64,000 nt of DNA from assembly GCA_963742415.1 (NCBI GenBank), contig CAVULX010000004.1, positions 192,001 through 256,000 of the forward strand. Direction: 5' to 3'. Origin of the DNA: an uncultured Parachlamydiaceae bacterium. Its GTDB lineage: Bacteria > Chlamydiota > Chlamydiia > Chlamydiales > Parachlamydiaceae. Under the pieces are notes generated by a model. That model ran no database searches and was not told the DNA's origin. It saw nothing but the letters and a program-made list of their open reading frames with translations. Positions within the stretch are counted from its first letter, which is position 1; each line of letters begins with the position of its first letter. This document shows, one piece after another, positions 19,801-28,832 of this stretch. A program made the position numbers and the translations under genes.

Positions 19801-22433
19801 CGAAATTTAAAAGCGTTGACGTGGCTTCCGCTCTGACAGTCCAGTGGTTGTTTCAAAAAGGACTTGGTAGCTCTCAGATGGGGCGTTTGATCGGCGATCT
19901 TATTGAACAAGATAATATCCATAAAATGGAAGGGCATGAAGAAAAAAGCGACGCCCAAAATCTATTCGACGAATGGCAATCAATCAAACAACATAGAGAA
20001 AGAGCTCAAGAAAATGGAAAAACCTTTGTCGATAAAGGAAAAGAAAAGGTGGAAGAAAACTCTATATCTGCAGAGAAGCCTTCAGCCTCTTTTGTGTCTC
20101 TCGATACCATATCAATTAACAATTCGGATGAATTAAATAAATGGGTAGAACAGTTGGGAAAATTGCCCGAATTGATTATTCGGTACCTTAAAGAATACGC
20201 CTTGCCTCAAGTGAAGGTGCACAGTAAAATCTTTACCTCCTCCTATGCCGACATTTTAGATGGTGCACGAGAAACCATCGGTTTTTCTGCAACTGTGGGA
20301 TTGCTTCAACAATACCTTTATCAGATATTTAATTCCTTCCAGGATGATATTGCCTTTCAAGCCAGTGTTTTAGATCGCGCCTGCCAGCAATGGAATGAAA
20401 AAATAGTATGGACCTCCCCAAAATCCTCTAAGGATTTTTTCAAATACTTACTGGAAGTCGAAAAGTTAGAATTCAAGGGCGATAACCCCATACGCGGCAT
20501 CATTGATGTAGGGGGATGGACAGCTCAGGAAAGCACAAGAAAGGTTGCTGAAGCCTTTTTGGAATTTTCAAATGAGAAAGCTTTAGGTTATGATGGTGTC
20601 ATCTACATCAACGATGCTGCTAATGCTAAAAATCAAGAAAGCAAGAAAGATTCTAAATCTTCGGAAGAAAATAAAACTCCCGTTTTATTAATTCGAAACA
20701 AAGATGGTACTTTTACTTCTCATAACTTATCTGGAAGCGATCTAAATGCCTCCTTGGAACCTCTAAAATATAAAGATAAAAATTTATTTAAGTTTTTTGG
20801 CCCTTCGCAGACAACAGGAACAGACCTTTTCCTCGAGCCAAATGCTCGCATGATCATCACCATAGGCGAAGGGATAGATATTTGGAGCCAAGTCCAAGCT
20901 CTCATGCGCATGCGGGGATTCCTCCGCCTGATGGAGAATCCAAGCAATGGTCAGCAGGCTATTTGGATCGGAATGGAAAAATTGAAAAAAATCATTCCAG
21001 TGGACAGCGAAGGAAATCACTCTGTAAAAGCTGTATTGCACTATGCTTTAAACCAACAGAAGAACCGACTGAGATATGTATTAAGTTCACGTGTCCTTTT
21101 AGGCCTATCACATATCGTTCGTCGAAAAATCGATATGAAGTTAAAAGCTGACTTAAATGATCCGGAAAAGCAGATCGAAACCTTTGCAAAACATCGTTTG
21201 GCTTTTGTCGAGGAGGTCAAGCGTAATACGGCTGAATTATATAAAACAAAAACTGTCGAAGAAGCAGCTTCTGTTTTAAGAACATATTTTAAAGGGATTA
21301 AACAGAAAGCTGATCTTAAAGATAACGAATTTACGGAAGAGGATTCGAATCTCATTAACGGGATCATAGAGGAAACAGCCAAGCTTTTAGTGACGATTTC
21401 GACAAAGACCGACTGTTCTAATCAAGCCGAAATGACACAGCATGCAGAAAATGAAGATGAACATGAGGGGAGAAGTCAAGGTCATGCTGCTGTAGTGCAT
21501 GATGGTTGGGCAACGGCAACAGAAAAGGATCGTTCTAAAAAGCTCCATCTTTTATCCAATGATCTCATGCAACCAGATAATAGATTTTCAGCTAATACAT
21601 TGTTTGCCGTTTCATGCTTTAACCCCAATATCTTCTACGATGAAGGGACCATGGAAACGGCTATTGTTGATGAAAGGGATTTTGGCTTTAGAAAACCCGC
21701 GTCTTATTTCCTTATGGTCAAAGAAAAAGATAAAAACGGAAAAGAAATCACGAGAATCATTCTTTTATCCATGAAAGCGGCTGCTGCTTATAGAGAGCAG
21801 TTAGAGAAAGGAAAAAAGGGGTTATCGCAACAAGGGGGCGGTTTGACAAAAAATGGGCGAAAAGCTGCTCTTTTCCATATATCGGGTCGGCTTGTTGAAA
21901 ACGGTCGAGATGATATGAAGTTAGAAAATGCTGAAAATGAAATCACAAACCCCGAATTTCAGAAGCTATTGGCAGAAATGGCTTTGATGAATGGGACCGT
22001 CCGTTATAAAGATCAATTGTTTGAATTCATGAAAAATAACACATCTATTCCAAGGATCTTAGAGAAGCTGGAAAAAAGGAAAATAGACGCTGAAAAAGTT
22101 CAACTAAAGAGGTTGGGGCGGCTGTTCAAGGAAGCGAATGAAATAATAAGATCAGATTCAGTAATTGAGGTGCAGAAAGCTCAGGTTAAAAAAGTTGTTG
22201 TGGAAAAGAAAGACCAAGAAATCGTTGTTAGTGAGAATAATAATATTGCCGTGAAAGAAAACAACGATGATAAAAAAATAGATTTACTGGAGCCCCATCG
22301 GGATAATACGGAACCTCCAGAAAAACAAGCGGCAAAATCGAGCCTATTGGGAGGTATTTCTTATTTCCTAAGTTGTATTTGGTCGGTGATATCCTGGCCT
22401 TTCCGTTTTGCATTTTCTTTAAGCGCTCCATGA
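13803..22433 (+). CDS. Giant (2876 aa) SF2-helicase-like/DUF3638-type protein, putative secreted effector
   Basis: Q..FEFEAGGGKTKV (I), LIIDEVD (II), GFSAT (III), TTGTDL (V), QALMRMRG (VI); Ser/Asn-rich N-terminus; hydrophobic C-terminal tail. Confidence 0.7.
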   Translation: MNSPIISSTKQPLYNNFNSTNPNKSQQKEHPQNSENLPNKWDSEKLGVFFGLTNPPTILKELILAWKDAFSFAEEDKELKKSVEVIVKDYEDHHKQTFDFNALEGKKKFAAELINDISLLKDKSSFVQDKSSFVLPIFLNKNGQKKEEMFAFFYRDAEKGICCFLGDHAGTKTHYTNLQFPEMRQMFFLSILRAGSDKDVTEKDIDSYIGRFCIKGQGQITSNENNDLPLNLPFLSIPEQMLAYKLYSQKISPEVILEKIWLCRAKFLKNTPPPQTEDELRILSEIQRTFWDQFALDEKRLSEETKMIINECIYQFKENIKNGKTISVETSDPLALQANREAAKFKFPDPPSEPEIRNVTNSTSPERPNVPMIMIRKENEHFLGDLKEANKNCVALWNAGQYLETFHYVREILRQFSLEFWDNIPQGSIIDTVEVVKELVAHGADALTRSKSSSSSGQEMLMLYIGYATVVRLLRRCPEMKLQGYALPTIFKGCSPSDVQVEFRSNYFPDAQLFGFFTANSHETATMRAIRDYFGEILIEAKQKYEELDSQISRFVADVKNVFIFNHWMMRTGKRNKILPPYFRFEKGKGTAYDKTCITHQRYLMDLLGVDYPKNQQQANVDANFDSKLKDFFDHREKHDAKKKLLYRGYQVLNYFTYFCSNSPYAPHFVPRRGTGKIDLNLQLNSKYGLGGAIFGKGKDEESEYGVRKDELEHLRLHDRRGKIADVELNKLFRDTKEWDSPERKLQSRKTENQVFNTPYRQDNNSCLNTQAAFHDLSRLRAEPNLQIASTLEWCRENPQHLDNTDIQAYIEACFLEFGLLAQETGYTIEKLRKFIKATISRFDKDPKKMDSACFWLRLGYICEEHLQSKKTSWLKKKYRDLEKIQTLTPPQQHFLSLTKICLFADELTSEELLRTWCKTMLLEKSQVISPGWLWQNAQEIIYKNKESFNDLGVRSKAFIEISNQFPELKPDSWTGTSPHFYQKTISKKETYYFNLLEGRLQREDFCSNQDWPEEINSDPNVNAVLGKNRPPVFIKKSKEQTVLETLDGIYQIISEKNSLVIRKKIKAPNNENCWYTYAPHEESDLIRWVKTGHRYDSTNRHSYVMDNHGNYYAQEVNDKALGKIYQKLKKNGSPANLVRLSLDQCTPFLKKAIQQIIGDDAKQSKIWIWGKWDAKKQKFTVEKADIPSLKLAFKFKSDSTNKPIITTSKLPNYEKCQTFEAAMAIPQALCFKDFRGEKRILRIDWESQRFFIDVCHRSEKQIFPESESSSFYLISQLASKNAFWLAWNHLKKMNPLDFYSPQEWKGILKVISKTRYSGYSSKEAALWMHLALHILKLRKDIHSKARYQTGHSQSSLCNEEATFWRTMWECYRSFKWNKSNTNNPDYLHISSYEEKQILQEIGKQLREREDKEAYGKYLEELKNLAKPAEMHIRLLEEQIHIKDLSDEEKKDKFTAPLGNILTEFFAATPKQRKDVEPRTSSDFGMDDKTLRPTDKEPLAKQIYDSLEKAHQKNMDAVAATYAFKSIPEKLEEKLSDEIKTEEDQLKTLREKITNKLNRVSGGAPLKTPRSELLRAQPLELEEAMYAYILNSLEELQELNPSLTKEDANQIFSEMQQLFLKGSKIDQCYEARHFAQKRKIEEAAEVLSKTRKYDPEQNRLLLTYEYTSGKFLRPRQAEILCWILQTRDPTKIKQLLFEFEAGGGKTKVVATILIRHLISAGLFPIFCSLPELHDITKKDLRESLNRNYNIPLATLEIDLKTKLDANQLKELYYTFDRWRKEGKCLQMPIEAFHSLNLQYRTALENKETEKVRWLSQIMFEFFEKHACLIIDEVDRNADSLWQAIIATGKAESLPVDEQRLFIKFYKPLLGAFARLTLDDGRKVDEVLGLLKNEQAQITNEDLNQILNKLADFLLDYKPLGIVKTEQEAIKTYWLNEVCKRPSCLSKKTIRQQQLIELARGVFTEILPQALSMVGEMEYGTSIHKNDDVAAPKKKKSSSPSKFKSVDVASALTVQWLFQKGLGSSQMGRLIGDLIEQDNIHKMEGHEEKSDAQNLFDEWQSIKQHRERAQENGKTFVDKGKEKVEENSISAEKPSASFVSLDTISINNSDELNKWVEQLGKLPELIIRYLKEYALPQVKVHSKIFTSSYADILDGARETIGFSATVGLLQQYLYQIFNSFQDDIAFQASVLDRACQQWNEKIVWTSPKSSKDFFKYLLEVEKLEFKGDNPIRGIIDVGGWTAQESTRKVAEAFLEFSNEKALGYDGVIYINDAANAKNQESKKDSKSSEENKTPVLLIRNKDGTFTSHNLSGSDLNASLEPLKYKDKNLFKFFGPSQTTGTDLFLEPNARMIITIGEGIDIWSQVQALMRMRGFLRLMENPSNGQQAIWIGMEKLKKIIPVDSEGNHSVKAVLHYALNQQKNRLRYVLSSRVLLGLSHIVRRKIDMKLKADLNDPEKQIETFAKHRLAFVEEVKRNTAELYKTKTVEEAASVLRTYFKGIKQKADLKDNEFTEEDSNLINGIIEETAKLLVTISTKTDCSNQAEMTQHAENEDEHEGRSQGHAAVVHDGWATATEKDRSKKLHLLSNDLMQPDNRFSANTLFAVSCFNPNIFYDEGTMETAIVDERDFGFRKPASYFLMVKEKDKNGKEITRIILLSMKAAAAYREQLEKGKKGLSQQGGGLTKNGRKAALFHISGRLVENGRDDMKLENAENEITNPEFQKLLAEMALMNGTVRYKDQLFEFMKNNTSIPRILEKLEKRKIDAEKVQLKRLGRLFKEANEIIRSDSVIEVQKAQVKKVVVEKKDQEIVVSENNNIAVKENNDDKKIDLLEPHRDNTEPPEKQAAKSSLLGGISYFLSCIWSVISWPFRFAFSLSAP

Positions 22434-22440
22434 CCCCATT

Positions 22441-22492
22441 TTTTGGAGTGCGGCGGCTTGACGCATACGCATCAAGCCGCCGCACTCCAAAA
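22441..22492. repeat. Family C palindrome between convergent genes; possible bidirectional terminator
   Basis: ttttggagtgcggcggcttga-cgcatacgca-tcaagccgccgcactccaaaa, a perfect 21-bp stem. Confidence 0.9.
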
Positions 22493-22502
22493 ATTGAGGC
22501 CC

Positions 22503-23399
22503 TTAAGATAGGGAAGGGCTATCTATAGCGATTCCCATAGCGTGCAAACCATTGTCCACATAGATCAATGTTCCTGTAATTGCGCCCGCCAAAGGGGATA
22601 ATAAAAAGGCCGCAGCGTTTCCAATATCGGAAGATTGTATTTCTTTTGCGAGTGGTGCATTTGCAGATGAATAGGCAATCATCTTATCGATGAACCCAAT
22701 CGCTTTTGCCGCGCGGCTGCGCCAAGGTCCTGCAGAAATCGCATTCACCCGGATCCCCCATTTTCTTCCGGCTTCCCAAGCGAGTGTGCGGGTATCGCTT
22801 TCAAGCGCCGCTTTGGCTGAACTCATTCCACCTCCATAACCCGGGATGACCTTTTCAGAAGCGAGATAGCTGAGCGAAAGGGTCGCTCCTCCAGGGTTCA
22901 TCAAGGGGCCCAAATGGGCCAGAAGACTTATAAAAGAATAGGAGGACGAGCTGATAGCTGCTAGGTAACCCTTGCGAGAGGTTTCTAAAAGGGGTTTGTG
23001 AACTTCAGGGCCATTGGCGAGAGAATGGACTAAAATATCGATGTTCCCAAAATCATGAGCAATCGCCTTGGCAACTTCTGAAACGGTATATCCTGAACTT
23101 TCTTTATACCTTTTATTTTCTTGAATTTCTTGGGGAACATCTTCGGGGTTATCAAATGCTGCGTCAAGAGGGTAGATTTTAGCAATCTCCATCAAGGATC
23201 CATCGGAAAGGCGGCGCGAGGGATCAAATTTGCCGCTTGCTAGCTGCGTTGTGAAGATTTTCATCAGAGGGGTCCATGTTCCAATGAGGATGGTCGCTCC
23301 AGCTTCGGCTAAACATTTTGCGATGGCCCAACCATACCCTTGATCATCCCCAATCCCTGCGATAAATGCTTTTTTTCCTTTTAGGTTAATGTTTAACAT
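22503..23399 (-). CDS. fabI: Enoyl-ACP reductase (chlamydial/plant type)
   Basis: [37 protein letters not shown] and VNAISAGP motifs. Confidence 0.96.
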   Translation of the reverse strand: MLNINLKGKKAFIAGIGDDQGYGWAIAKCLAEAGATILIGTWTPLMKIFTTQLASGKFDPSRRLSDGSLMEIAKIYPLDAAFDNPEDVPQEIQENKRYKESSGYTVSEVAKAIAHDFGNIDILVHSLANGPEVHKPLLETSRKGYLAAISSSSYSFISLLAHLGPLMNPGGATLSLSYLASEKVIPGYGGGMSSAKAALESDTRTLAWEAGRKWGIRVNAISAGPWRSRAAKAIGFIDKMIAYSSANAPLAKEIQSSDIGNAAAFLLSPLAGAITGTLIYVDNGLHAMGIAIDSPSLS

Positions 23400-23595
23400 G
23401 TAAACCCCGTGAAGTTAAATTTTCTGATAAACTAGTTTACCATAATTCAGGATTTGGCTGCACTGGCAAGAAACAGATTTTTTTGCCCTTTTGTTTTTTG
23501 TTTCTTTGTGTTATATTAAAATTTTTGTGCTTTGCAGCGATGCAGCTGTGGAAGCTGTAATCTGTGAAACAGAGAAAAATACTGTTTAAATTCTT

Positions 23596-24390
23596 ATGGT
23601 CATCGAGTTAATGTCTTACAAGGTGCAATCTATCGGAATTTCTGACATTGGACTTGTCCGACTTAACAATGAAGATGTTTGGGCGCAAGTTCCAAAAAAG
23701 AAATTTTATGTTTTAGCAGATGGGATGGGTGGGCATCAAGCCGGCGAGGTGGCTGCGCGGGAAGCTGTTAGTTTCCTATGCTCATTTGTAGAGTCAAATA
23801 AAACATTGAATAAAAGATCTCTAGGCATCGAAGAAGCCCGTTCAATTATCGTGGATGCTTTCGAAGCTGTTAATGCTCATGTCTTCAAGCTTGGGCGGCA
23901 AGACATAGACTTGAGGGGAATGGGGACAACGCTTTGCTGCCTTTATTTTCATCCCAAAGGATTAATTTATGGAAATGTCGGAGATAGCCGAATCTATTGC
24001 TTACGGGACAAAAAGCTAACGCAGTTAAGCAAAGACCATTCTTTGCTAAGGGAATTGATCGATCTCGGGCAAGTCAGTGAGCGGCAATCAGATGATTTTA
24101 TTTATAAAAATATTATCACCAAAGCTATAGGAACCGAGCAGAACCCTGTTCGTCCTTCTGTAGATATTTTCGATATATGGGACAAAGATCTGTATATGAT
24201 GTGTACCGACGGCTTATCAGATCTCGTTAAAAGGGAGGAAATGGAATCGATTATTAATCAATCCGATTCCATCAAAGCAGCCTCCGAGATGCTCGTCAAC
24301 TCCGCAAAAAATCGTGGCGGTCACGATAATATCACAATCGTTATGGTCAAAGTGCAAGGAAAACATGAAACCAAAGGTTTATCTCGATAA
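23596..24390 (+). CDS. PP2C/Stp1 Ser/Thr protein phosphatase
   Basis: NNED, LADGMGGH, GMGTT, VGDSR, MCTDGL and GGHDNIT motifs. Confidence 0.93.
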   Translation: MVIELMSYKVQSIGISDIGLVRLNNEDVWAQVPKKKFYVLADGMGGHQAGEVAAREAVSFLCSFVESNKTLNKRSLGIEEARSIIVDAFEAVNAHVFKLGRQDIDLRGMGTTLCCLYFHPKGLIYGNVGDSRIYCLRDKKLTQLSKDHSLLRELIDLGQVSERQSDDFIYKNIITKAIGTEQNPVRPSVDIFDIWDKDLYMMCTDGLSDLVKREEMESIINQSDSIKAASEMLVNSAKNRGGHDNITIVMVKVQGKHETKGLSR

Positions 24391-25501
24391 TAACGCTACA
24401 ACATTCATAGATCCTAGGGCTCTTGCAGCAGTTTCTACCCATCTCCAAACTCATCTCGGCAATCCTTCAAGCCTCCATGCTTTCGGTCAGGAGGCACGCG
24501 CAATTTTGACAAATTCACGCCATTACATTGCAGCATCCTTGGGTGTCAAATCTCAAGAAATTATTTTCACTTCCGGTGGAACTGAGAGCTTAAATATGAT
24601 TTTTCGAGGAATTTTTCAGAAAGATGGATCGAGTCATCTTATCACCTCTTCTGTTGAACATGCAGCCGTTTATTCCACCGCAAAAGCATTGGAAGCATTA
24701 GGAACAAATGTCACTTTTTTAAATCCAGGCATTTGGGGGGCTGTTGAACCTCAAGCCGTGAAGGCTGCCATCAGGCCAAACACTCAGTTGATTGCTTTGA
24801 TGGCTGTCAACAACGAAACGGGTGTAAAGACAGACATCAAGGCTATTGGTGCGATTGCAAAAGAAGCTAAAATCCCTTTCCTTGTGGACGGCATTGCATT
24901 GCTTGGAAAGGAACCCTTCCAAATCCCCGATGGAGTAACGGCCATGGTTTTTAGTGGGCATAAACTGCATGCTCCCAAAGGGATCGGCTTGACATGGGTT
25001 CGGAATACTCTGTCCTTGCTTCCCCTTTTGACAGGGGGTGAACAAGAATTTGGAAAAAGGGGGGGGACAGAAAATCTTCCAGGGATTGTGGGACTCGCTA
25101 AAGCGATCGCTTTGCTTGAAGAGGAGCTTCCCAAAGCTACAATAAAGATGGCAAATCTGCGCAATAAATTTGAGGCAGAGCTTATCGATGCCCTTCCCGG
25201 AGTGACAATTAATGGAACAGGACCGCGCATTTGCAATACCTCCAATTTGGCTTTTGAAGGGATTGAAGGGGAAACCCTTTTAATGAGGCTTGATATGGAA
25301 GGGATTGCTGCGAGCCACGGATCTGCTTGCGCCTCGGGCGCATTGGAACCCTCTCGAATCCTTCTTAACATGGGATATAAAAGGGAACATGTTGCTTCAT
25401 CTTTGCGGTTCTCCTTGAGCCGCATGACGTCTGAGCAAGAAATAGAAACAGCTGTCCATATCATCTGCACCCTCGTCCGCAAGCTCAGGCATCAGGATTA
25501 A
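24365..25501 (+). CDS. iscS: Cysteine desulfurase (IscS/NifS family)
   Basis: VYLDNNATT, FTSGGTES, FSGHKLHAPKGIG and SHGSACASG motifs; ATG at 24365. Confidence 0.92.
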   Translation: MKPKVYLDNNATTFIDPRALAAVSTHLQTHLGNPSSLHAFGQEARAILTNSRHYIAASLGVKSQEIIFTSGGTESLNMIFRGIFQKDGSSHLITSSVEHAAVYSTAKALEALGTNVTFLNPGIWGAVEPQAVKAAIRPNTQLIALMAVNNETGVKTDIKAIGAIAKEAKIPFLVDGIALLGKEPFQIPDGVTAMVFSGHKLHAPKGIGLTWVRNTLSLLPLLTGGEQEFGKRGGTENLPGIVGLAKAIALLEEELPKATIKMANLRNKFEAELIDALPGVTINGTGPRICNTSNLAFEGIEGETLLMRLDMEGIAASHGSACASGALEPSRILLNMGYKREHVASSLRFSLSRMTSEQEIETAVHIICTLVRKLRHQD

Positions 25502-25527
25502 ACGTAAAAATGCAAAGAAAAAATTAT

Positions 25528-25811
25528 AGAGCCAGTGAGATCACCGAGAACGTTGAAGATCGGTGAGAAGATAGGAAAATTTGAGGGGGTAACAGGATAA
25601 GCATGATCGTAAACGGCAGGATAAGCAGGATGAAAAAAAATATTTTTTTTAAATCATTTAAACTTAATTATATTCCCACATCCTGAACCTTTTTATTCAA
25701 TATCCTGTTTATCCTGCCGTTTACGATCATGCTTATCCTGTTACCCCCTCAAATTCTCGTATTTTCTCACTGATCTCAAACGTCCTCAGTGATCTCACTG
25801 GCTCTGTGGTT
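25528..25811. repeat. Composite palindrome, family A outside and family B inside
   Basis: Arms 25528-25631 and 25702-25805 are reverse complements; lies between convergent iscS and a CBS gene. Confidence 0.92.
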
Positions 25812-25824
25812 TTTGGTTTTCCTT

Positions 25825-27075
25825 TCAAGTCATGCGTGTGGTGACGCGGACGCTTTTGACTTCCATAAAACTCATCGATTCAACTGTGAGCTCAAATGGG
25901 GGTAAATAGATCGATTCCCCCACTTCAGGTTCGTGTCCAAGTTCTTTGGCTATCAGCTCGCCTAAAGTCAAATTTTCCCTCTTGTCGAGAATAACGTCAA
26001 AGCGAGCATTAAAATCGGCAACATTCATAAAGCCAGGCAAGGTCCTATCTATAAAAGGGATTTGTTGTTCAGGCTCAGCGGCAGGGGCGGTTTTTTCTGA
26101 GGGGATTATACCGAAAATCTCCTCAACAATATCCTGGAGATAAATAACCCCTTTTGCTTTCCCTTGTTCACTCAAAACAATCCCCAGGTTCTCATCATTC
26201 CCCCTGAATTGATTAAGCACATGGAGTAAATTAGATGTTTCTGTGACAAACCAAGGACTTTTAGAAAAATCACGCAACCTTCTGTTTTCCGGAGCGCGTA
26301 CAAGATTTTGTGCATAAACAATGCCAACGATATTGGAGGAATCCTGTTGATAAATGGCAATAAAATCGGCGTCAGTTTTTTGAAAAATATTGGCGGCTTG
26401 AGAGACAGTGGCATTAGACGAAGCCTTGGGAAGTGATTCAAGAGGTTCCATAACTTGGCTGACTGTTTTGTAGGATAATCTGAAGATATTGGTTGTGACA
26501 GCATTAAAATCTTCTTTCTCTATTCCTTGAGGACGGTCTTCGTCTTGTTCCTCGATAATTTTTTGCAATTCTTCTTGGTTTAAAAATATGTTGGATTGCG
26601 TTTCTTTTTTCCCGACAAAATAAGAAAAAAAGGAGGTCATCCTTTCAATGATCCAAACAAAAGGGGCTAAGATTTTGGCCGAAGCGTAAATGAGAGGAAT
26701 ACTTAACATGGCGACATGTTCAGCATATCTTCTAGCAGCAAACATAGGAGCTAATTCTCCAAAAATGACCACGATGATCACTTGAGTAAGGGGGGAAAAT
26801 TCTGGAGGGATTCCTATAGCCGAATAAAATTGGCGGGCACATTCTGAACCGAAAAATGTGGCGATGTTGACGCCGATAAGCGTCGTTCCAAACAAACGGG
26901 TGGGATTATGCAGCAACCAATTGAGCCATTCAGCTTGTTTATTCCCTTTAGCCACATAATATTGCAAACGGACTTTATTGAAAGAAACACAGGCCATTTC
27001 GGACATAGAATAAAAGGACAAGAAGACAATTGAGATGATATTCAAGATAAGCCACCATAAAGCGTTGTATATCAT
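25825..27075 (-). CDS. CNNM/DUF21-CBS (HlyC/CorC) membrane protein
   Basis: SFYSMSEMA, LIGVN, FGELAP and CBS pair; start taken at ATG 27075. Confidence 0.88.
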   Translation of the reverse strand: MIYNALWWLILNIISIVFLSFYSMSEMACVSFNKVRLQYYVAKGNKQAEWLNWLLHNPTRLFGTTLIGVNIATFFGSECARQFYSAIGIPPEFSPLTQVIIVVIFGELAPMFAARRYAEHVAMLSIPLIYASAKILAPFVWIIERMTSFFSYFVGKKETQSNIFLNQEELQKIIEEQDEDRPQGIEKEDFNAVTTNIFRLSYKTVSQVMEPLESLPKASSNATVSQAANIFQKTDADFIAIYQQDSSNIVGIVYAQNLVRAPENRRLRDFSKSPWFVTETSNLLHVLNQFRGNDENLGIVLSEQGKAKGVIYLQDIVEEIFGIIPSEKTAPAAEPEQQIPFIDRTLPGFMNVADFNARFDVILDKRENLTLGELIAKELGHEPEVGESIYLPPFELTVESMSFMEVKSVRVTTRMT

Positions 27076-27079
27076 AAAA

Positions 27080-28342
27080 TCATTTCTTTTTCTTACTTGC
27101 CTCGGAAAGGCGCCCACTTTTTCGGATATAGACACGCCGTACACGGTTTTGGTCAGCCGATAACACTTGGAAGAATAATACATCTGTTTGATATTGCTGA
27201 CCGGATTTGGGGATGTCTCCCAATTTTTCTGTCAGCCATCCTCCCAAAGTCAACATGTTTTTTTCACTTGTCAAAGAGGTGTTGAAAAATTCATTAATGA
27301 CAGAGAGTTCAAGTTTTCCGCTGGCAATAATTTTCCCTTCTCCTGCTTGCGAATATAAAGGTTTTGTATCTTTCTCTTCTGTGCTCTTGCCAATAGCCAC
27401 TTCTAAAATGTCGTCAAAAGAGACGACCCCTGCGATGCTGCTATATTCATCCACGACCACAGCAAGAGTTTGCCCGAGGCGTTGCATCCGGCGCAATAAC
27501 GCTTTTCCCGACATATTTTCTGGAACATAAAAAGGGCGTCTCAAAAAAAGTTGAATGTCTTTAGGGGAAGCGATTTGCTGGTGATTAAGAAAATATTGTT
27601 TGGCGGATATAATTCCTAAAATATTGTTGATCTCCTTTTCATAAACCGGAATGTACGATTTCCTTTTTTCGGCAAATAGATGAGTAAGTTTTGATAGCGG
27701 CTCATGAATTTCGTAGGAAAGGATATCCTCCCTTGGCCGCATCAATTCTTTCACCGATGACTCTTGTAAATCCAGGTAGCCCCACACAAGCACTGTTTCA
27801 TCAGGTTTTAAAACCCCTTGTGTTTCCGAAGTTTGCAATACATGTTTAAGCTCATCCCTAGAAATCTCCTTTTCTTTTTCTAAAAAAAAGAACAATTTTC
27901 GGGATATGGGTGTCGTAATGTAAACGATGAGCACCCGGAGGGGTTTGAGGAAATCTTGAAGCCAACTGATCAAAGGAGCACAAAAATAAGAAATGGAGAT
28001 GTTGTATTGTAAACCGTAATACTTGGGGATGATTTCTCCAATAATCAAAGTTAAAACGAGAGGGAAGACCACTTTTTCGAACCAACCGTAACTTTCCCCG
28101 ATCATGCTGGAGGCGACATTTTGCAGCAAGATGTTGACAAGAGTATTCAGCATAAACACCGTGACAAGCAAATCTCGCGGGTGCAAAACAAGATGCGCGA
28201 TCAGCCTTTTGCGCGGGTCTGCGTCATGAAGATAAGCTTTTAATTTAATGGTTGAAAGGGAAAATAAAGCAGTTTCAGAAGAGGAAAAAAAAGCAGAGAA
28301 ACCGAGCAAAATCAAAATAAGAAGAAAAAACACCGTGTCCAC
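27080..28342 (-). CDS. CNNM/DUF21-CBS-CorC membrane protein
   Basis: SAFFSSSETALFSL, GEIIPK, VVVDEY and TLGGWL motifs. Confidence 0.92.
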   Translation of the reverse strand: MDTVFFLLILILLGFSAFFSSSETALFSLSTIKLKAYLHDADPRKRLIAHLVLHPRDLLVTVFMLNTLVNILLQNVASSMIGESYGWFEKVVFPLVLTLIIGEIIPKYYGLQYNISISYFCAPLISWLQDFLKPLRVLIVYITTPISRKLFFFLEKEKEISRDELKHVLQTSETQGVLKPDETVLVWGYLDLQESSVKELMRPREDILSYEIHEPLSKLTHLFAEKRKSYIPVYEKEINNILGIISAKQYFLNHQQIASPKDIQLFLRRPFYVPENMSGKALLRRMQRLGQTLAVVVDEYSSIAGVVSFDDILEVAIGKSTEEKDTKPLYSQAGEGKIIASGKLELSVINEFFNTSLTSEKNMLTLGGWLTEKLGDIPKSGQQYQTDVLFFQVLSADQNRVRRVYIRKSGRLSEASKKKK

Positions 28343-28425
28343 AATATTGCCACTCGTCTAGGTTATTGGGCAAAGGTCCAATGAAGCGAAATAAGCGTAT
28401 ATCCTCGGTATAAATCCACAGTATT

Positions 28426-28725
28426 TCATTTCTTAAAATAAATTTTAGTTTGACCTTCGGGCACTAAGCCAAGCCCCTTCATTAAAGTCAATTCTATCCA
28501 AGCCGGATCACTATGGCTATTGATTTGTAGTAATAGGTCATTTTGTTTTGCCAAGGCATCCTCTTTTTCATTTTCTAATGCATCTAATTGCTTCTTTAAA
28601 AATTTGTACTGCCCGTTTACTTGTCTGATTCCTTGTTCATATAACATAAAACAAAATAAGACAAACAGGATCACCCACCAAGATTTAAAAATACGGTGGG
28701 GCAATTGAGATTTTAAGTAGAACAT
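28426..28725 (-). CDS. FtsB/DivIC-like cell division protein
   Basis: Single TM, coiled coil, then DPAWIELTLMKGLGLVPEGQTKIYF, resembling the FtsB C-terminal motif. Confidence 0.65.
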   Translation of the reverse strand: MFYLKSQLPHRIFKSWWVILFVLFCFMLYEQGIRQVNGQYKFLKKQLDALENEKEDALAKQNDLLLQINSHSDPAWIELTLMKGLGLVPEGQTKIYFKK

Positions 28726-28832
28726 AAATTCCGATCATGATATTCAAATCACACTCTTGAGAAATAAAGAAAAAATCTATAAACAGTTAAAGTGTTATTC
28801 GCAACTTTTTTTTTAGATTGGAGGAATATTTA

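Noticed and set aside
25593..25631. CAGGAT repeats of family B as a CsrB-like sRNA
   Set aside because: The GGA motifs would be buried in a long stem with the opposite arm, and I saw no dedicated promoter
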